In this document: piece after piece, positions 59,073 to 64,000 of the stretch
Layout of the letters: each line of letters starts with the position of its first letter
How positions within the stretch are numbered: position 1 is the first letter of the stretch
Source: Actinomycetota bacterium
GTDB taxonomy: Bacteria > Actinomycetota > Acidimicrobiia > Acidimicrobiales > Iamiaceae
NCBI GenBank assembly: GCA_019639075.1
Contig: JAHBSO010000008.1
Coordinates: 10,330-74,329 of the forward strand
Reading direction: 5' to 3'
Length of the DNA: 64,000 nucleotides
Notes under the pieces: model-generated
The model's database searches: none
What the model saw: the letters and a program-made list of their open reading frames with translations, nothing else
What the model was told of the DNA's origin: nothing
Program-made: the position numbers and the translations under genes

Positions 59073-59582
59073 ATGGGGACAAGAAGGACGCGCGTCTTCG
59101 TCACCTCCATCATCCTCGTGATGGTCGGAGCGAGCTACTGGGGGTACGCAGCGGTGGCGGCTGACGAGTCGCCGCCAGAGTTCGGAATCATGCCCGACGA
59201 AGACCGCGCCCGGGTTCCCGACTTCGTCGCCGTTTCGGATGGTAAGGGCGGAATTGCAGGCTACGCCGAGAACGCCCTCCTCGACGGGAGCGCGTTGTTG
59301 CCCACGTCGCCGACGGAGGCTGCCGAGTGGGCGGAGGTCGAGGGCATCATCGTGAGGGTCTTCGACCTGAACGGCCGCCACATCGGCTACTTCGCCACCG
59401 ACCATACGTTCATCGACGAAGCCAAGAAGGACGAGTTGATGGCCGCTGGCTTCCGATACTTCGAGGGCCATGAGCCAACCACATCAAACGCCCAAGCGAC
59501 CCGTTTGACTCCGACACCAGCCGAAACGGTGTCACCGTCGACACTTCCTCCCACGCCTACGACATCGGTAGATGGCCCGTAG
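59073..59582 (+). CDS. Secreted/membrane-anchored hypothetical protein, lower GC
   Basis: GGAG RBS, signal/TM, PDFVAV..G..GY...PTSPTEAAEW...VFDLNGRHIGYF. Confidence 0.7.
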   Translation: MGTRRTRVFVTSIILVMVGASYWGYAAVAADESPPEFGIMPDEDRARVPDFVAVSDGKGGIAGYAENALLDGSALLPTSPTEAAEWAEVEGIIVRVFDLNGRHIGYFATDHTFIDEAKKDELMAAGFRYFEGHEPTTSNAQATRLTPTPAETVSPSTLPPTPTTSVDGP

Positions 59583-59652
59583 GGCGACGACACCAGTCGA
59601 TCCACCCCGAGCTCCCTCGCTTGGGGGGCTGCGGGGCAGTCACCGGGATCGC

Positions 59653-60855
59653 TCAGTCCTGGGTGGCGCCGAGGATGGAGATGAAGCTGACCATCTCGCC
59701 GGGGTAGCCGCCGAGGTTGTGGGTGAGGGCGAGGTTGCGGTCGCCCTCGATCGATCCGATCGTGCGCTCCTCGGGCGCCTCGCCCCGGAGCTGGAGCCAG
59801 GCCTCGAACATCATGCGGAGGCCGCTGGCCCCGACCGGGTGGCCGAAGCTCTTGAGCCCGCCGTCGGGGTTGACCGGCAGTTCGCCGTTCAGGTCGAACC
59901 GGCCGGCCTCGATGTCCTGCCAGGCCGTGCCCCGCTCGGAGAACTGGAGGTCCTCCATGAGCACGAGCTCGGTCGGGGTGAAGCAGTCGTGGACCTCGGC
60001 CATGGCGATGCGCTCGGCCGGGTCGCCCTCGATGTCGGCCTGGGCGTAGGCGTCCTCGGCGCAGGCCGCGATCTCGGGGAACCACGTGAAGTCGTAGTCG
60101 GGATCGATCAGCCCCGAGCCGTTGCCGGCCACGAAGCTCAGGGCCTTGATGTAGATCGGCTTGTCGGTGTAGCGGTGGGCGTCCTCGGCCCGCACGACGA
60201 TCGCCGCAGCCGAGCCGTCGGCCACCCCCGCGCAGTCGAAGACGCTGAGGTCGCCGGCCACCGGGGGCATCGCACAGATCTGCTCGACGCTCATCTCCCG
60301 GCGGAACTGGGCCCGCGGGTTGCGGGCGCCGTTGTAGTGGTTCTTCGACGCGATGCGGGCGAGGGTCTTCTTGAGGTCGCCCATGTCCACGCCGTACTTC
60401 TCCGCGTACGCGGGGGCGACCATCGAGAACGAGCCCGCAGCGGTGAGCGTGCGGGTGGTGCCGTCGTTCGGGATCGGGAACGCGTTGAGACCCTGGTAGC
60501 CGGAGTCCTTCACCTTCTCGACGCCGACGGCCATGGCGACGTCGTACGCGCCGGACGCCACCGCGTACGCGGCCTGGCGCAGGGCCTCGGAGCCGGTGGC
60601 GCAGTAGTTCTCGACCCGGGTGACCGGCTTGTTCTGCAACTGGAGCGCCGAGGCGAGCGTGATGCCGCTCATGCCGGACTGGGCGGTGCCGAGCCAGTAG
60701 GCGTCGACGTCGTCCTTGGTGATCCCGGCCGAGGCGAACGCGTCGTTCGACGCTTCGAGGACCAGGTCGTCGACGCCCTTGTCCCAGTGCTCGGTGAACG
60801 GGGTGCAGCCCATGCCGACGATGGCGACCCGATCCTTGATGCCGTGGCTCGCCAT
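59653..60855 (-). CDS. SCP2-type thiolase family protein
   Basis: ENYCATGSEA, EVHDCF, NPDGGLKSFGHPVGASG, HNLGG. Confidence 0.9.
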   Translation of the reverse strand: MASHGIKDRVAIVGMGCTPFTEHWDKGVDDLVLEASNDAFASAGITKDDVDAYWLGTAQSGMSGITLASALQLQNKPVTRVENYCATGSEALRQAAYAVASGAYDVAMAVGVEKVKDSGYQGLNAFPIPNDGTTRTLTAAGSFSMVAPAYAEKYGVDMGDLKKTLARIASKNHYNGARNPRAQFRREMSVEQICAMPPVAGDLSVFDCAGVADGSAAAIVVRAEDAHRYTDKPIYIKALSFVAGNGSGLIDPDYDFTWFPEIAACAEDAYAQADIEGDPAERIAMAEVHDCFTPTELVLMEDLQFSERGTAWQDIEAGRFDLNGELPVNPDGGLKSFGHPVGASGLRMMFEAWLQLRGEAPEERTIGSIEGDRNLALTHNLGGYPGEMVSFISILGATQD

Positions 60856-60857
60856 GG

Positions 60858-62294
60858 TCAGGCCTCCGTCGTGGTGTCGTCGGCCGGGACCCCGTCGCCG
60901 ACGGGGCGGGCCTTCCAGAAGTAGTTGTGGATCCCGTCGGCGGTGAACAGCCGACGGAACGTCATGGCGACGCGGCCGCCGATGCGGGCGTCGGCCGGGT
61001 CGATGTCGGTGAGCTCGACCGGGGCGCGACCGCCGCCGTCGAAGTCGACCATGGCGAACACGACCGGCGGGCTCGGCGAGTAGACGAGCTTGTCGATCGT
61101 GTAGGTGACGATCGTGCCCTCGACGTCGGCCATGGGCGCGGGCTCCATGTCGTCGATCGCCCCGCCTTCGCGCGAGACCCGGCGGGGCGGGAGGTGCAGC
61201 GCGCCCGACGAGCGGTCGCGGCTTCCCACGAAGGCGAACTTCCAGTCCTCGCTGCGGCCCGCGGCCGACGCGGAGGGCCGGGCCGGTTCGGGGCGACGGG
61301 GCGGCTCGGGGGTGAGCTGGCCGCGCCAGGCGAGGAACTTGCCGTAGGCGACCGGTGCGCCGGCACCGACCTGGTCGGCCACCGGGGCGAGCGTGCGGTG
61401 CGACGCCAAGGCGTCGGTGGTGCGCAGGACCAGCGCGTCGGCGCCGTCGGCCAGCGACAGCACGAGGATCACCTGCCCGGGCGAGGCGGCGTCGAGCGCG
61501 GCGCTGAGGAGCATGCCGAGCTGGGCGGCACCGGGGTTGCCGACCGAGGACGACAGGTCGTCGGCGACCTTGGCGCCGTCGACGCCGAGCTTGCGCACCG
61601 CGGCCTTGGCGGCGCGGGCGTGGGTGCTGGCCACCACGAGGTGGTCGACCCGGTCGGCGTCGATGCCGGCGTCGGCGAGGGCGGCGGCCACCGCCGCCTT
61701 GGCCAGCGGCAGGTACTTCGTCTCGCCGAACTTCTCCTCCCACTGCTTCGAGCGGACGTCGCCGGGCGTGCGCCAGCGGTCGAGGAACTCGTCGGTGGCG
61801 GTGCCGGACCCGATCAGCTCGGCCAGCACCGGGCCGGCGGTGTCGTCGCCCACGAGGAGCGCGGCGCCGGCGTCACCGCCCTGGGCCTCGTCGCTGCTGC
61901 CCGGCAGGCCCGTGCGGATGCCCGACGAGACGACGAGGGTGGTCGGGCCACCGGCGAGGGCGCTGCGCAGCGCGGCGGTGGCGGACCGGACGGCCCCGCC
62001 GAAGTCGGCGGCGATGACGTCGGCCGGCAGTCGCAGCGCGGCGTGCACCGTGGTGGCGTTGGTCTTGTCGACGTAGGCGGGCTCGACGGTGGAGAACCAG
62101 AGCGCCTCGGGCCGGACGTCGGTCGCGGCGAGCGCCCGTCGGGCCGCCTCGACGCCGAGCGTCGTCGTGTCCTCGTCGTAGGAGGCCACCGTGCGGGTGC
62201 CCTTGCCGCCCCCGGTCCCGGCCACCGCGGCGATGGTGCTGCGGTCGAGGCGGCGGTGGGGCAGGTAGGCCCCGTGGCTGATGATCCCTCGCAT
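60858..62294 (-). CDS. HMG-CoA-synthase-like domain fused to DUF35 OB-fold
   Basis: GAYLP, RTVASYDEDTTTL, GGDAGAA, VGN; C-terminal GTIVTYTID...FRRL...NYFWKARP. Confidence 0.85.
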   Translation of the reverse strand: MRGIISHGAYLPHRRLDRSTIAAVAGTGGGKGTRTVASYDEDTTTLGVEAARRALAATDVRPEALWFSTVEPAYVDKTNATTVHAALRLPADVIAADFGGAVRSATAALRSALAGGPTTLVVSSGIRTGLPGSSDEAQGGDAGAALLVGDDTAGPVLAELIGSGTATDEFLDRWRTPGDVRSKQWEEKFGETKYLPLAKAAVAAALADAGIDADRVDHLVVASTHARAAKAAVRKLGVDGAKVADDLSSSVGNPGAAQLGMLLSAALDAASPGQVILVLSLADGADALVLRTTDALASHRTLAPVADQVGAGAPVAYGKFLAWRGQLTPEPPRRPEPARPSASAAGRSEDWKFAFVGSRDRSSGALHLPPRRVSREGGAIDDMEPAPMADVEGTIVTYTIDKLVYSPSPPVVFAMVDFDGGGRAPVELTDIDPADARIGGRVAMTFRRLFTADGIHNYFWKARPVGDGVPADDTTTEA

Positions 62295-62326
62295 GGGGTC
62301 AGGCTACGCCCGTTTCTGACGGGTCG

Positions 62327-63292
62327 TCACATCTGGTCCTCGGGGGCGAGGACGTCCTCGAGGAGCTCCCGTCGCTCGTCGAGCAGGTCGACCTCACGGG
62401 CCGACAGCGCCCGCGAGCGCTCGTCGACGTCGGCGGCGACGCGACCGACCCGCTCCAGGGCGTGGCCCACGACCTCGGCCGACTCGGCCAGGCGTGCGTC
62501 GAGCACCTCGTCGCCCACCAGGCCGTCGAAGAAGCACGAGAACGCCCGGTCCCACCGCTCGACCCGGTCGGGGGTCGTGAGGCGGAGGCCCAGGTCGGCC
62601 AGCTCGGTCGCCAGGCTCCGCAGGGCGTCCTCGGCGGCGCGGACCAGGCCGCACAGGGCGTCCAGCCGCTCGGGGTGCTCGTCGTCGGCGGGATCCCCCG
62701 AGCCGTCGGCCAGCGCCGCGTCGACGTCGTCGAGCGCCGCCAGCGCGTCGACCGCCGCCGCCCGGGCGTCGTCGCATTCGCGCCGCTCGTCGTCCAGCTC
62801 GCCGAGCTCGACGGCGAGACCGGTCAGCCGTTCCGCGTGCTCGTCGCCGTGCTCGGCGATCCAGCGACGGTGGTCGCGCACCGCCTCGGACCATTCGGCG
62901 TCGGGGTCGCCGAGGGCGACGAGCCGGTCCTGGAGCGAGTCGAGCTCGCGCACCACGGCCGCCTGCCGTTCGCGCACCACGAGCACGTCGTGGTGGGCGA
63001 CCGCGACCTCGGCCGCCTCCCGCCGGATCTCCTCGTCCTTCAGGCCCCGCAGGTCGGCGACGATGCCCCGGATCGTGAAGCGCTGGAGCTCGCGGACGTC
63101 GGCCTCCTCGGCGTCCACCCGCGCCAGCGCGGCGGCCTCCTCGACCTCGAGGGTCTCCAACTCGGCCTCCACCACCGTGATCCGGTCGCGGATCCGGTCC
63201 GCCTCCCGTCGCTCGGCGGCGATCGACGCCAACCGCCGTTCGGTCGCTTCCGGGCCGTCGAGCTCGAAGGTCACGGGTCCATCGGCCGTCAC
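62327..63292 (-). CDS. Coiled-coil hypothetical protein
   Basis: Long Glu/Arg/Ala heptad pattern, EEADVRELQ, FFDGLVGD. Confidence 0.6.
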   Translation of the reverse strand: MTADGPVTFELDGPEATERRLASIAAERREADRIRDRITVVEAELETLEVEEAAALARVDAEEADVRELQRFTIRGIVADLRGLKDEEIRREAAEVAVAHHDVLVVRERQAAVVRELDSLQDRLVALGDPDAEWSEAVRDHRRWIAEHGDEHAERLTGLAVELGELDDERRECDDARAAAVDALAALDDVDAALADGSGDPADDEHPERLDALCGLVRAAEDALRSLATELADLGLRLTTPDRVERWDRAFSCFFDGLVGDEVLDARLAESAEVVGHALERVGRVAADVDERSRALSAREVDLLDERRELLEDVLAPEDQM

Positions 63293-63308
63293 GGCCCCGA
63301 AGCGTACG

Positions 63309-64000
63309 TCAGGCGATCACGCCCGACTCGCGCAGCTCCGCGATCCGGGCGGCATCGAGACCGAGCTCCTCGGCGAGCACCTCGTCGGTGTGCTCGCCGA
63401 GCCAGGGCACCCGCGTCTCGGGGCCCTCGGCGACGTTCGACAGCTTCACCGGGTTGCCCGGGATCAGCACCGGTTGCTCCACGCCGTCGGTGCGGGGCAT
63501 CTCGACGAGCATGTTGCGGGCGGCCACGTGCTCGTCGGCCACCACCTCCTCGTCGGAGTAGCAGGGCCCGGCGGCGACGCCGATGGTGGCCATGTCGTCG
63601 CACGCCTGCACCTTCGTCCGGCTCGACGCCCAGGACTCGATGGCCGGCCGCAGCACGTCGTCGAGGTGGTCGATCCACCCCTGACGGGTGGCGAACCGGG
63701 GGTCGTCGACCCACTCGGGGTGGCCGATGACCTCGACGAGCTTCGCGAACTGGTGCTCACGGCCGACCTGGATGATGAACCACCCGTCCGAGGCGCGGAA
63801 CCCGTGCATGATCAGCGGTCCGAGATCACCGTTGCGCAGTCCGAGCGACCAGAAGTTGGTGACCAGGTCGGTGATCGCGACCATCGCGTCGAGCATCGCG
63901 ATGTCGACCCGCTGGCCCTCGCCGGTGGCATCGCGGTGGCGCAGGGCGGCCAGCACGCCGATGGTGGCGAAGAGGCCGGACCCGATGTCGCCGAGGCCGC
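63309..64000 (-). CDS. CaiB/BaiF family CoA-transferase, 5' end outside the window
   Basis: ALRHRDATGEGQRVDIAMLD, FRASDGW, DPRFAT, PWLGEHTDEVL. Confidence 0.93.
   Translation of the reverse strand, partial: GLGDIGSGLFATIGVLAALRHRDATGEGQRVDIAMLDAMVAITDLVTNFWSLGLRNGDLGPLIMHGFRASDGWFIIQVGREHQFAKLVEVIGHPEWVDDPRFATRQGWIDHLDDVLRPAIESWASSRTKVQACDDMATIGVAAGPCYSDEEVVADEHVAARNMLVEMPRTDGVEQPVLIPGNPVKLSNVAEGPETRVPWLGEHTDEVLAEELGLDAARIAELRESGVIA

Overview
A GC-rich actinobacterial chromosome segment, most consistent with Acidimicrobiia (inferred from gene content, not verified). It carries about 65 genes and two tRNAs (Pro-CGG, Leu-CAG). Recognisable loci: a WhiB3-like regulator, an ArsA/Get3 ATPase pair, a PhnY*/PhnZ-type phosphonate oxidation pair, a znuACB zinc transporter with a Zur-like box, a frameshifted ECF sigma/anti-sigma pair, ask/asd, a BldD orthologue, a MazEF pair, ung, ppk2, the fhaA-fhaB-pstP-rodA-pbpA-pknB-trpG-crgA cluster followed by a DnaA-box site, and lipid/CoA metabolism genes. 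No integrase, transposase or CRISPR array is visible. Most notable signals: (1) a family of ~31-43 bp REP-like elements that appear inserted into each other up to three levels deep and supply stop codons to two genes; (2) an HTH-less membrane protein with a BldD-type c-di-GMP-binding-like domain 4 kb from bldD; (3) a lower-GC two-gene module for secreted proteins; (4) a thioredoxin-reductase-like/FNR fusion beside a flavodoxin; (5) an HMG-CoA-synthase-like/DUF35 fusion lacking catalytic and zinc cysteines. All family calls come from reading motifs by eye, with no database searches.
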